A stretch of 64,000 bases of DNA from Squalus acanthias (lineage: Eukaryota). The DNA is taken from positions 47,432,001 to 47,496,000 of the forward strand of contig CM059432.1 of assembly GCA_030390025.1 (NCBI GenBank), written 5' to 3'. A program made the position numbers and the translations under genes. The first letter of the stretch is position 1; each line of letters begins with the position of its first letter. Below the pieces are notes generated by a model. The model worked only from the letters and a program-made list of their open reading frames with translations. It had not been told where the DNA came from and ran no database searches. Of this stretch, positions 37,669 to 49,809 are shown in pieces.

Positions 37669-39236
37669 TGTAGGTGGTTTGCCTTGGTGGTTCGAATCAC
37701 CTCTCCTGCTTAGTTCTAGACGACAGGAATTACGGTGAACAGGATTGGAACACAGACAAGCTTTTCGGACTCAACCGTACGATGTTTAATAAGGTTAACA
37801 CACACACCCGCCTCCAGTACGTAAAATGCCTGGTGGCGTAAAACAAACAGTACAACAATACAACTTGGCCTGTCGAACAGGCCCCTGTCTCATGTTAAGA
37901 TGCCTAAAATCACACTGTGTTGCTATACAGAGTATAACATGGACTTGTCCCACAAACCCTGGAACATACACTATATAATACACACAGAACCTCCCCACTA
38001 AGCCCCTCTGGATTGGTTGGGACATAGAAACATAGAAGATAGGAGCAGGAGTAGGCCATTCGGCCCCTCGAGCCTGCTCTGCCATTCGATGAGATCATGG
38101 CTGATCATCCAAACTCAGTACCCTGTACCTGCCTTCTCCCCATATCCCTTGATACCTTTAGCTTTAAGAAATATATCTAACTCATTTTTGAATATATTTA
38201 ATGACTTGGCCTCAACTACCTTCTGTGGTAGAGAATTCCACAGGTTCACCACTCTCTGGGTGAAGAAATTCTTCCTCATTTCTGTCCTAAATGGCTTACC
38301 CCTTATCCTTAGATTATGACCCCTGGTTCTGGACTCTCCGACCATCGGGAACATTCTTCCTGCATCTAGTTTGTCCAGACCTGTCAGAATTTTATATGTT
38401 TCGATGAGATCCCCTCTCATTCTTCTATACTCCAGCGAGTATAAGCCCAATCGACCCAATCTCTCCTCATATGTCATTCCTGCCATCCCAGGTATCAGCC
38501 TTGTGAATCTTCGCTGAACTCCTTCCATGGCAAGAACATCCTTCCTCAGATAAGGCGACCAAAACTGCATACAGTACTCAAGGTGTGGTCTCACCAAGGC
38601 CCTGTACAACACCCCCTCACACAGTACCGGTGATCTTAAGGATGCGTGGGCTTGGACAATGCTCACCCCGATTGTCCGTTTTCTTGCTCGCTGCTCCCCT
38701 GTGTAGAACGTGTCTCCTGGGTCCGTATCGCCGATGCAGTATCCAAGTCCCAGTTTCGAGGTTCGTTCCTCCAGTCGAAGAGCAAGGCGAGGCTCTTGTC
38801 GCTCGTGGTGGTTTCTTCTCTCCGCCTCGGACGGAGTGCTCGGTTCTTTGTTCAGAGATGAGGGCACGCGAAGGCGAGAGCAAGCGAGAGAGAGCGAGAA
38901 TGGCCAAAGCTGCCTTCTCTTATACCCTAAAAGTTTATTGATGTCTTTTTAATCACCCTTCTTTGTCTGGTTTCCCGCCTTTCGGGGCTATCCCATCTAG
39001 GTAATGGTGTTCATGGCAGATGATGGGCCGCACTTCTTACCCATTGTTTCCCAGAGAACTCTGTCTGCTCAGACATTCTCCCATAATCAGTTTGTCGGCC
39101 TGGCTGGAATCTCCTGTCCATCACGAACACCTGGGCCCCTCCCATCTTCTCCAAACAGGCTGCTGGTCAATCAGCAGTAACAATCATACAAAATGTCCGA
39201 TACAAAAAATCCTTGGGGCCTGCGCTGATACTTACA
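37669..39236 (-). repeat. 5' LTR, interrupted by a CR1 insertion and lacking the 124-bp U3 array
   Basis: Aligns to the 3' LTR. Followed on the minus strand by the PBS. Confidence 0.95.
38025..38605 (-). mobile_element. 5'-truncated CR1 LINE inserted in the 5' LTR
   Basis: LYRALVRPHLEYC...NLWNSLP ORF2 C-terminus plus 3' tail. Absent from the 3' LTR. Confidence 0.95.
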
Positions 39237-39494
39237 CCTTGGCTTTGTGAGCTGGATTACCAGGGTTTGTGGTCCACATATGCCCCACTAGCCATAGTTT
39301 GGAGACGCTTGCTGTAATTTAGAAGACTCAACATTAGATGATATGAGACTGATTACTGATCATAAGATAAGTTTTTATGAAGAAAGCCCATAACTTCATT
39401 TGCTTTCTGTTTCAGAATATCATGCCTATTGTTTCCCATAACTCTATTGTCCTGGGCTCAACCATATTTCCTGGCAGACTGTTGCAGGTGTTGA

Positions 39495-41545
39495 TCAGTC
39501 TATTTCAGTGAGAAAGAAAGATTTTAAGAGAAGGGAGCACCATCCGTGGCTAACTAAGGAAATAAAGGATGGTATCAAATTGAAAACGAAGGCATACAAT
39601 GTTGCCAAGATTGGTGGGAGACCAGAGGATTGGGAAATGTTTAAAAACCAGCAAAGGATGACTAAAAAAATAATAAAGAGAGAGAAGATGAATTATGAGA
39701 GTAAACTGGCAAGAAACATTAAAACAGATAGTAAGAGCTTCTACAGGTATATAAAAAGGAAGAGAGTAGCTAAAGTAAACATTGGTCCCTTAGAGGATGA
39801 GACTGGGGAATTAATAATGGGGAATGGGGAAATGGCAGAGACTCTGAACAAATATTTTGTATCGGTCTTCATGGTAGAAGACACTAACAACATTCCAATA
39901 ATGGTTAATCAAGCGACCACAGGGAGGGGGGAACTAAAGACAATCACTATCACTAAGGAAATAGTATTTGGTAAAATAATGGGACTAAAAGACAACAAGT
40001 CCCCTAGACCAGATGGCCTGCATCCCAGGGTCTTAAAAGAAGTGGCTGCAGAGATAGTGGATGCATTGGTTGCAATATACCAAAATTCCCTGGACTCTGG
40101 AGAGGTCCCAGCAGATTGGAAAACCGCAAATGTAACACCCCTATTTAAGAAAAGAGGGAGACAGAAAGCAGGAAACTATAGACCAGTTAGCCTAACATCT
40201 GTAATTGGGAAAATGCTGGAGACCTTCATTAAGGAAGCCGTAGCAGGGCATTTGGAAAATCATAATGCAGTCAAGCAGAGTCAGCATGGTTTTATGAAAG
40301 GGAAATCATGTTTAACAAATTTGCTGGAGTTCTTTGAGGATGTAACGAGCAGGGTGGACAAAGGTGAGCCAGTGGATGTGGTGTATTTGGATTTCCAGAA
40401 GGCATTCGATAAGGTGCCACATAAAAGGTTACTGCATAAGATAAGAGCTCACGGAATTGGGGGTAATATATTAGCATGGATAGAGAATTGGCTAACTAAC
40501 AGAAAGCAGAGAGTCAGGATAAATGGGTCATCTTCCGGTTGGCAAACGGTAACTAGTGGGGTGCCTCAACTATTTACAATCTACATTAATGACTTGGATG
40601 AAGGGACCGAGTGTAATGTAGCCAAGTTTGCGGATGATACAAAGATGGGTGGGAAAGCAAGTGGTGCAGAGGACTCAAAGAATCTGCAAAGGGATATAGA
40701 CAGGCTAAGTGAGTGGGCAAACATTTGGCAGATGGAGTATAATGTGGGAAAGTGCGAAGTTATCCACTTTGGCAGGAAAAATAAAAAAGCAAACTATTAT
40801 TTAAATGGAGAGAGATTACAAAATGCTACAGTTCAGAGGGACCTGGGGGTACTTGTGCATGAAACACAAAAAGTTAGCATGCAGGTACAGCAAGTAATCA
40901 AAAAGGCAAATGGAATTTTGGCCTGTATTGCAAGGGGGTTGGAGTATAAAAGCAGGGAAGTCCTGCTACAACTGTACAGGGTATTGGTGAGACCACACCT
41001 TGAGTACTGCATACAGTTTTGGTCTCCTTATTTAAGGAAGGATATACTTGCATTGGAGGCAGTTCAGAGACGATTCACACGGTTAATTCCAGAGATGAGG
41101 GGGTTGACTTATGAGGAAAGGTTGAGCAGGCTGGGCCTGTACTCTTTGGAATTTAGAAGAATGAGAGGTGATCTTATTGAAACATATAAGATACTGAGGG
41201 GGCTCGACAGGGTAGATGCAGAGAGGATGTTTCCCCTCGTGGGGAAATCTAGAACTTGGGGGCATCGTTTCAGAATAAAGGGTCGCCCTTTTAGAACTGA
41301 GCTGAGGAGGAATTTCTTCTCTCAGAGGGTCGTAAATCTGTGGAATTCTCTGCCCCAGAGAGCCGTGGAGGCTGGGTCATTAAATACATTTAAGGTGGAG
41401 ATAGACAGATTTTTGCGAGATAAGGGAGTGAAGGGTTATGGGGAGCGGGCTGGGAAGTGGCTTTGAGCCCAAGATCAGCCATGATCTTATTGAATGGCGG
41501 AGCAGGCTCGAGGGGCCTATTCCTGCTCCTATTTCTTATGTTTTT
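39495..41545 (+). mobile_element. CR1 LINE, 5'-truncated, with a 652-aa open ORF2 segment (RT)
   Basis: ORF 39508-41466: NYRPVSLTS, LDFQKAFDKVPH, FADD. In-frame deletion of GSVLGPQ. No endonuclease domain. Confidence 0.95.
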
Positions 41546-41569
41546 ATGTGTAAAGAATATTTAGGTGTC

Positions 41570-42005
41570 AGCCTTGGCGCACTGCTAATACTCTCACTTC
41601 TGAGTCAAAAGGTCATGGATTCAAGTCCTACTCCAGAGATTTGAGCACATAATCTAAGCTGTTATTTTGGGGAGTATAGAGGGAGTGCTGCACTGTCGGA
41701 GGTACTATCTTTCAGATGAGATGATAAACTGAAGTCCTACCTGCTCTCTCAGGTGGATGTAAAAATCCTATAGTACTTTTCAAAGAAGTGCAGGGGAGTT
41801 CTCTTTGTTTTGGTGAACATTTATCCATCAACCAACACCAAGATAAATAGATTATCTGGTCATGTATCTCATTGCTGTTTGTGGCACCTTGCTGTGTGCA
41901 AATTAACTGCTTTGTTTCCCTACATTACAACCTACACTACACTTTGTGAAGCACTTTGGGATGTACTAGGGTCATGAAAAGTGCTATATAAATGCAAGTT
42001 CACTC
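41570..42005 (+). mobile_element. tRNA-headed DeuSINE-like element (SacSINE1/AmnSINE-type core, L2-type tail)
   Basis: gattcaagtcc B box. Core ctctcaggtggatgtaaaa...agattatctggtcat...cattgctgtttgtgg..ccttgctgtgtgcaaatt. Tail gctatataaatgcaagt. Family name recalled from known consensus. Confidence 0.75.
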
Positions 42006-42203
42006 CTTCCTTTTCATTCCGGTTCTAAACATTCTCTTCACAACCTGTTGTCCTGCTGCCTAGTCATATCTAGCAGTATTGTGCTTGGTTTACTTTTTCA
42101 TTACATATCTTGTATAGCTTTATACAGTCTCTTCTGAGATATGTCTTTCCAGACTGATCTCTAGGTGCCTGGTGGTTAATGCAGATTGAACCCTCATTGT
42201 CTG

Positions 42204-42490
42204 TGGGTTAACTCAGTCAGCATTGGGCACTCTCAGTCTGATCCCTGGGTTAACTCAGTCAGCACTGGAACTCTCAGTCTGATCCCTGGGTTCAGTCAGC
42301 ACTGGAAACTCTCAGTCTGATCCCTGGGTTAACTCAGTCAACACTGGAAACTCTCAGTCTGATCCCTGGGTTAACTCAGTCAACACTGGAAACTCTCAGT
42401 CTGATCCCTGGGTTAACTCAGTCAGCACTGGGCACTCTCAGTCTGATCCCTGGGTTAACTCAGTCAGCCTGGGCACTCTCAGTCTGATCT
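42204..42490. repeat. 42-bp minisatellite, left part
   Basis: gatccctgggttaactcagtcagcactgggcactctcagtct units at 42361, 42403, 42445, with shorter variant units. Confidence 0.92.
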
Positions 42491-45445
42491 GATGGACGAG
42501 TTAACAGCACAAATAACTATGTATGGGTATGATCTTGTGGCCATCACAGAAACATGGCTGCAGGGTGACAATGACTGGGAACTAAATATGCCAGGGTATT
42601 TAACAATCAGGAAGGACAGGCAGGAAGGAAGGGGAGGTGGGGTGGCTATGTTAATAAAGGAAGGAATCACTAATACAGAGAAATGATATTGGGTCAAAGG
42701 ATCAGGATAATGAAACAGTTTGGGTGGAGATAAGGAATAATAAGGGGAATAAAACACTAGTGGGAGTAGTATATAGGCCTCCTAATAGTTGCAACTCTGC
42801 TGGAAGAAGTATTAATCAGGAAATAGTTGGGGCATGTAATAAGGGAACAGCTATAATTATGGGGGATTTTAACTATCATATTAACTGGACAAATCAAATT
42901 GGGCAGGGCAGCCTTGAGGAAGAGTTTATTGAGTGTCTTAGGGATGGATTTCTTGAGCAGTATGTAACTGATCCTACAAGGGGGCAAGCAACCTTGGACC
43001 TGGTCCTGTGTAATGAGTCAGGATTAATTAATAATGTCCTAGTTAAGGATCCCCTTGGAATGAGTGACCATAACATGGTTGAATTCCATATCCAATTAGA
43101 GGGTGAGACGGTTGGTTCTCAAACAAGCGTACTGAGCTTGAATAAAGGAGACTATGATGGTATGAGAGCGGAATTGATTAAAGTGGACTGGGAAAATAGA
43201 TTAAAGGGTAAGAACATGAGCAGTGGTGTTCATTTAAGGAGTTATTTTACAACTTTCAAAAAAAATATATTCCACTGAGGAAAAAAGGGCGTAAAAGAAA
43301 TGACAGCCATCCGTGGCTAAGTAAAGAAATTAAGGATAGTATCCGACTAAAAACAAGGACATATAAGGTAGCCAAACTTCGTGGGAGGATAGAAGATTGG
43401 GAAGTCTTCAAAAGACAGCAAAAAGTAACTAAAGGATTGATTAAGAAAGGGAAGATAGATTATGAAAATAAATTAGCAAAAAATATAAAAACAGATAGCA
43501 AGAGTTTCTATAGTTATATAAAAAGAAAAAGGGTGGCTAAGGCAAACGTAGGTCCCTTAGAGGATGAGACCGGGAAATTAATGGTGGAAAACATGGAGAT
43601 GGCAAAAATGCTGAACAAATATTTTGTTTCAATCTTTACGGTAGAGGACACTAAGAATATCCCAACACTGGACAAACAGGGGGCTCTAGGGGGGGAGGAG
43701 CTAAATACGATTAAAATCACTAAGGAATTGGTACTCAGTAAAATAATGGGACTCAAGGCGGATAAATCCCCTGGACCTGATGGCTTACATCCTAGGGTCT
43801 TGAGGGAAGTGGCAGTAGGGATTGTGGATGCTTTGGTAATAATTTTCCAAAATTCCCTGGACTCAGCAAAGGTCCCAGCAGATTGGAAAACTGCTAATGT
43901 AACACCCTTATTTAAAAAGGGTAGTAGGCAGAAGGCTGGAAATTATAGACCAGTTAGCCTAACATCTGTGGTGGGTAAAATTTTGGAGTCTATTATTAAG
44001 GAGACAGTAACGGAACATTTAGATAAACATAATTTAATAGGACAAAGTCAGCATGGCTTTATGAAGGGGAAGACATGTCTGACAAATTTGCTTGAGTTCT
44101 TTGAGGACATAACGTACAGGGTGGATAAAGGGGAACCAGTGGACGTAGTGTATTTAGACTTCCAGAAGGCATTCGACAAGGTGCCACATGAAAGATTATT
44201 GCTCAAGATAAAAAATCACTGGATTGGGGGTAATATTCTGGCATGGGTGGAGGATTGGTTATCTAACAGGAAGCAGAGAGTTGGGATAAATGGTTCATTC
44301 TCGGACTGGCAACCAGTAGCCAGTGGTGTTCCGCAGGGGTCGGTGCTGGGTCCCCAACTCTTTACAATCTATATTAACGATTTGGAGGAGGGGACCGAGT
44401 GTAACATATCAAAGTTTGCAGATGATACAAAGATGGGAGGGAAAGTAGAAAGTGAGGAGGACATAAAAAACCTACAAGGGGATATAGACAGGCTGGGTGA
44501 GTGGGCGGAGATTTGGCAGATGCAATACAATATTGGAAAATGTGAGGTTATGCACTTTGGCAGGAAAAATCAGAGAGCAAGTTATTATCTTAATGGCGAG
44601 AAACTGGAAAGTACTGCAGTACAAAGGGATCTGGGGGTCCTAGTGCAAGAAAATCAAAAAGTTAGTATGCAGGTGCAGCAGGTGATCAAGAAGGCCAACG
44701 GAATGTTGGCTTTTATTGCTAGGGGGATAGATTATAAAAACAGGGAGGTATTGCTGCAGTTATATAAGGTATTGGTGAGACCGCACCTGGAATACTGCGT
44801 ACAGTTTTGGTGTCCATACTTAAGAAAAGACATACTTGCTCTCGAGGCAGTACAAAGAAGGTTCACTCGGTTAATCCCGGGGATGAGGGGGTGGACATAT
44901 GAGGAGAGGTTGAGTAGATTGGGACTCTACTCATTGGAGTTCAGAAGAATGAGAGGCGATCATTGAAACATATAAGATTGTGAAGGGGCTTGATCGGGTG
45001 GATGCGGTAAGGATGTTCCCAAGGATGGGTGAAACTAGAACTAGAGGGCATAATCTTAGAATAAGGGGCTGCTCTTTCAAAACTGAGATGAGGAGAAACT
45101 TCTTCACTCAGAGGGTAGTAGGTCTGTGGAATTTGCTGCCCCAGGAAGCTGTGGAAGCTACATCATTAAATAAATTTAAAACAGAAATAGATAGTTTCCT
45201 AGAGCTAAAGGGAATTAGGGGTTACGGTGAGCGGGCAGGAAATTGGACATGAGGCTGAGTTCGGATCGGTCAGGGCCCTGTGGGTGGCGGAGCGGGCCCA
45301 GGGGCTGAGTGGCCGGGTCCTGCTCCTACCTCTTGTGTTCTTTAGATTTGAGGTTAGGATCAGATCAGCCATGATCTTATTGAATGGCGGAGCAGGCTCG
45401 AGGGGCCGATTGGCCTACTCCTGCTCCTATTTCTTATGTTCTTAT
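42491..45445 (+). mobile_element. CR1 LINE with near-complete ORF2 (APE endonuclease + RT), frameshifted, inserted in the minisatellite
   Basis: ITETWL, VYRPP, MGDFN, SDH endonuclease motifs, RT FADD, (TTCTTATG)n tail. Confidence 0.95.
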
Positions 45446-45627
45446 CCCTGGATTCAGTCAGCACTGGGCACTCTCAGTCTGATCCCTGGGTTCAGTCAGC
45501 ACTGGGCACTCTCAGTCTGATCCCTGGGTTAACTCAGTCAGCACTGGGCACTCTCAGTCTGATCCCTGGGTTAACTCAGTCAGCACTGGGCACTCAGTCT
45601 GATCCCTGGGCTCAGTCAGCACTGGGT
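45446..45627. repeat. 42-bp minisatellite, right part, directly upstream of RMDN1
   Basis: Same unit as 42204-42490. Confidence 0.92.
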
Positions 45628-45639
45628 ATTATTGCATTG

Positions 45640-45737
45640 ACCGCTAGGTGTCTCCAGAGGCTGGGCTGACTGCTCAGCGGGGGTTTAAAGCGCCCTCTGC
45701 GGGCGGGCGGTGGTGCTGCAGAGCGGGGACGGTGAGG
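45640..45737 (+). promoter_or_regulatory. RMDN1: Putative RMDN1 core promoter / 5'UTR (TTTAAA and overlapping GGGCGG GC boxes)
   Basis: ggtttaaagcg near 45683, gcgggcgggcgg near 45698, local CpG enrichment. Confidence 0.5.
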
Positions 45738-45857
45738 ATGGCGGCGGTGGGTAGAGCTGTTTATGCTCGGTTCGTGTTAAAAGCTGCAGTGATCGGGCGA
45801 AGCTGGAGCTGCAGAGCGAGGCCCTTCAGTTATTCTGGGCCCGGGGTAACAGCGCAG
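45738..45857 (+). CDS. RMDN1: Regulator of microtubule dynamics 1, exon 1 (MAAVGRAVYARFVLKAAVIGRSWSCRARPFSYSGPGVTAQ), Arg-rich mitochondrial presequence-like
   Basis: ATG in good context (aggATGg) in a CpG-rich patch. CAG/GTAGGT donor, phase 0, joins exon 2 in frame. Confidence 0.75.
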
Positions 45858-46081
45858 GTAGGTGCCAGCCCGGGAGTGTTTGTCCGGCCCGGGGAGGGGG
45901 GTGTTGGGCCGGGGGTTTAACCGTCTCCTGCCCCGCTGCAACTTCCCAAAGCGGGAGTGACTGCGCAGGCGCGGGTCCAACTTGCACCAATCTCCTCCAG
46001 TTTCCAGACTATTGATCTTGTTTAAAAGAGACATTGCAGGCTCAAGTTTAACCTTTGGTTTGTTGTTGGTGATATGTCTCG

Positions 46082-46339
46082 GGTTGCCAACTCTGGTTGC
46101 ACATATTCCTGGAGGTTTCATCACATTACTTCCTGCCTCTAACCATCCTGCCTAGTCATAAAGGCTTTCCTCCCTCTGCTCCAATATTGTTATAACTAAT
46201 AAATTAAAGTGTTCAAAGCAAATGGAAAAAAATGCACAATTGTTTATAGTACCTTTATGACTTCTCCTGGGTTGCTCACAGCAGTGTCCAGGAGATTCAT
46301 TCTGGGAGACTCCAGGACAATCCTGGAGGGTTGGCAACC
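46082..46339. mobile_element. Short TIR element (GGTTGCCAAC termini, possibly hAT-like MITE)
   Basis: ggttgccaac ... gttggcaacc inverted ends. Confidence 0.55.
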
Positions 46340-47809
46340 ATCTCAAAAAACCCACTCTCATCACCTCTGTCCTTGCAAACTCCCATCCTATCTCCAGCCT
46401 CCCTTTCTTCAAAGTCCTTGAATGTGTTGTCCGCCCCAACTCCAAGTTTGAATCTCACCAATTAGATTTCTGCCCCGGCCACATCATAGCCCTAATCAGT
46501 CACATGACCTTTTGTGTGACTGGTGCATTTTCGCTTCTTGACCTCTCTGCAGCGTTTGACTGTTGATCATGCCATCCTCCTCCATTGCCTCTCCTCATTG
46601 TCTGTCCTGGTGCTGCTGTCCTTGCTTGATTCCACTCTTATCTGTTCTATGAAATGTGACCGTTGGCAGGAAAACTGCCTGCAACAATTTGCATGTTCGT
46701 AATGCAAAAGCTGTCCTGCGGTCAAAGTGAAACTTGGAAATCTCCAGTAAGAAAAATAAGTTGCATTTTTACAGTGTATTTTAATGTAACATATCTCAAA
46801 GAGTTTCACATAGGATAGCATGGATGCTGAGCAGTGATAATGTTAGGAGAGATGATTGAAGGGACAGTCAAAAAGATGGAGAGGAGATTTAAAGCCCGGG
46901 AGAGAAGGTGCAAGACAAAGAAGCTTAAAACGGATTAGCTGTGATGATAGTAGTGGAACAGTAAAGCTGGATGTCATCAATACATATATGGATATTAACC
47001 CTTTACCTGTGGATAATGTCTAATGTTTATACTACTATAAAATCTATTCCTATAAAAAATATTTCTGATCAAAGTCACAAAGTCAGAAATCTTTGGTTGA
47101 AAATAAATTTATTTTTACTATCGTGTAGCTTATGACTGGTGGAAGAAAAAGACATGCATCATTGCTGTTTGTTACTCTTTTTATAATGCAGGAAGGGGCA
47201 GATCACTTGCTTCTAAAGTGCCACTGTGATTTCATTCCCGATTTGATGGTTGACTACCCATGATATTTAGAATACAAGAAAAATGCAATGCAACCAGGGT
47301 TCAGGACCAGGGTCCCAATGTTAAGGATGTAAATGAAACAAGCACAGGCATGATGGGCCAAATGGCCTCCTTCTGTGCCGTAAACTTCTATGATTCTAAG
47401 CCCACAGGGAAGGAGAAGGAAGTTCCATGGAAATTAATGTTTATAATCAATATGACTGCCAACCCAATTCAGCGCTTATTCTATGCAGCTGGTGTTCGTG
47501 GCTGTTAGTTTTGCTCTTGCAATTGCTGACACACCAAGTTTTTCATCCATGGCATTGCCATTGTGGGGAAATGCTTAGTGGAAACCAGCTGTTTTCCCCA
47601 GGGAGACAGAATTATCTCTGGTCATTCTGATATGTTCAATAGCCAGCCAATAGAATATGCATCAGTGGTGGCCTGGGAGCAGGTTCTCTTGACCAGGTAT
47701 CCTAATGAGACATCAGGAAAGAAAATAACATTTTAAAATTATATTTGCTGTTTATTATGACTTTGAATTTCCTTATGTGTAACCATAACTATTTCTTCTC
47801 CATGCCTAG

Positions 47810-47927
47810 GTGCTGGGAGGTGCTATAAATTTAGGAAGAGGACTTACCCTGACATTAGTGACCTTTCTGGGTTATGAGGCTTACAGAAACATTCCAGGAT
47901 CTTTAATAGTTCATGCTAATCAAAAAG
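47810..47927 (+). CDS. RMDN1: RMDN1 exon 2 (VLGGAINLGRGLTLTLVTFLGYEAYRNIPGSLIVHANQK)
   Basis: 118 bp, TAG/GTAAAC boundaries. Resembles RMDN1 RGLLL..LSYLGFETY......VVHA..K. Phase 1 end. Confidence 0.88.
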
Positions 47928-48029
47928 GTAAACACAGTACAGACCTGGAGGTTTGCATTACAATTTTGTTGGTGAAATGACTGTACATTTACAAATTGGA
48001 GAATTGTACTGGTAATGCTGCAAGTTATA

Positions 48030-48881
48030 GGGGGAGAAATTTGGTATCGCCCCGTTCGGGGCGCAATTATCGGCTGGGCGCAAAGTTTAGCGCCTGGCGT
48101 TAATTATCGTCTCCGACTGCAAACTTGACTTCTATCGCCCCTGGAGGTGATTGGAGCGCTAAAATCAGGCGCGACACACCTCTCTTAAGGCGCTAACGCC
48201 GAGGAGTGAGGCGCTACCTCAAAGCGCTGGCGAAGCTCATGTGATGTCAGTCAGCAATGGAACACAGACACACTGGCGCCGGCCAGTTCTTAAAGGGGAG
48301 GGTCGATCTTGCTCTCCATCCACACCCTGCTCATTGCAGTCTTGAATCTCAGCCTGGAGAGACCTGTACATCAAATCTGCTGGAAAGAACAATGGAGGCG
48401 CCCAGGGAAAGAGCTCAGAGTACAGCTCCCATAATCTCTTCTAAATCGATGCAAGGAAGATCAAATCAAAATGAACCTGCAAAGTGCTGCTCAGTACCCA
48501 AAACTCCTTCACACAGCGTTGAATCTCTCCAGAAGTCTCTCTCTCTCTCAGCATGCGTGGTGCAAAAATGTAGCCTTTAAATAGCGCTCCCCCAGTCCCT
48601 TCCCGACAACAAAACGTTCCCCTCAACCTGTCGTTGCTAGCAGCAGGCGGAAAGACACGGGGAGCCACTCAATATCCACTCCGGGGCGCTACCGGGGCAT
48701 TGCACGCTCGATTGACATCACGATCTGCGGGCGCAGGAGATCGTGGCGGTAGTGTTTAGCGCCGCCGTAAAATATCTGGCCAATTTCGCGAGCAGCGCAA
48801 ACATTGCCGCGCCCGGGTGCTAGTTGCTTCGTGCCCCATTAGCGCCCTAAGAGATGCGCAAAGCAACCGAATTTTTCCCCC
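48030..48881. mobile_element. CpG-rich non-autonomous TIR element
   Basis: GGGGGAGAAATTTGGT / ACCGAATTTTTCCCCC (14/16 match), AT-rich flanks. Confidence 0.7.
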
Positions 48882-49809
48882 TTATTCTTTACTTACTGGT
48901 AGTCTGTTCGTGTGACTGGCATTCTGAGCATTTTATGATGTATTGTATAAGGCCCATCTTGCTAAAAACGATGACCAAATGTTATCATATACACTCTTGA
49001 CCCCACAAAAATCACAGGTCAGCCTCTGAATTAGCCTCCGATTTATGTCAAGACCACTCCGATTATATCTCATTCTAGCTCATCATTTTCTGCTACCAGA
49101 ATAGTCATACAAGGAATACAAATGCTGAAACTTTAGTTTGCACTGATAAAGAAGTGCAATAACCCATCTGGAATCCCTTCTGAAACCTAGATTCAAATGC
49201 AAGTGTAAACCCAACTCAGACTGATAGACTGAAAGCCTTCTCTCTCTACACGCCTGAAGTGAAATGTTGTTGGCAGTCTTGCCTAGTTCCTTGTAAGCAC
49301 AGGTCCACAGCACAAACTACCTGTGGTTGGCAGTCTTAATTATTGAAGTCATAAGGGTGTGTGGTAGTGAAAAAAGAAAGATTTGCACTGATGCAGTGAG
49401 TAGGGGATGCTGTTAGCAAAGGAAACTTTACCCTGCATCTGGCTCATGGTGTATCTGACCTCGGAGGGTTTGAAGTTTCATCCCCCAACCTTGATATCCT
49501 CTCCTTGAACATCACAAAAATTCACCTATGATCTCAGCGAGCAGTCAGTGCTATTTATTTATACTGTTGTGTTTAATATACTGTCCTAATAACATTTATG
49601 AGGTGTTTTAGTTCCCACATTATTTTGGCACAGGAAGGTAGGGAGAAGATTTGATTTTAACTATTTACAGACTGCGAGTTAAGTAGTTTTTGATCTTCGA
49701 GAGTTGCTTGCACCCATGATAATTTATATTTCAGCAAATTAAAATGATTTTATATATGATAAAAGGAGGGTATTGACCTTAAATTATCTGTATTTATACA
49801 TCAATCTTC

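Larger units (their letters stand above)
28104..39236 (-). mobile_element. Full-length endogenous retrovirus, lokiretrovirus-like (LTR-gag-pol-env-LTR)
   Basis: Two direct LTRs with TG...CA ends, TSD CCTT at 28100-28103 and 39237-39240, PBS, PPT, gag, PR-RT-tether-RH-IN, env-like ORF fragments. Lineage assignment is inferred from architecture. Confidence 0.93.

Noticed and set aside
39508..41466. Active or domesticated RT gene
   Set aside because: 5'-truncated CR1 lacking the endonuclease, with a deletion in the conserved PQGSVLGP motif.
42204..42490. Repeat array superficially like CRISPR
   Set aside because: Head-to-tail minisatellite without unique spacers, in a eukaryotic context with no cas genes.
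48030..48881. CpG island or promoter of an additional gene
   Set aside because: Bounded by terminal inverted repeats, so better explained as a non-autonomous transposon. Its ORFs lack recognisable motifs.
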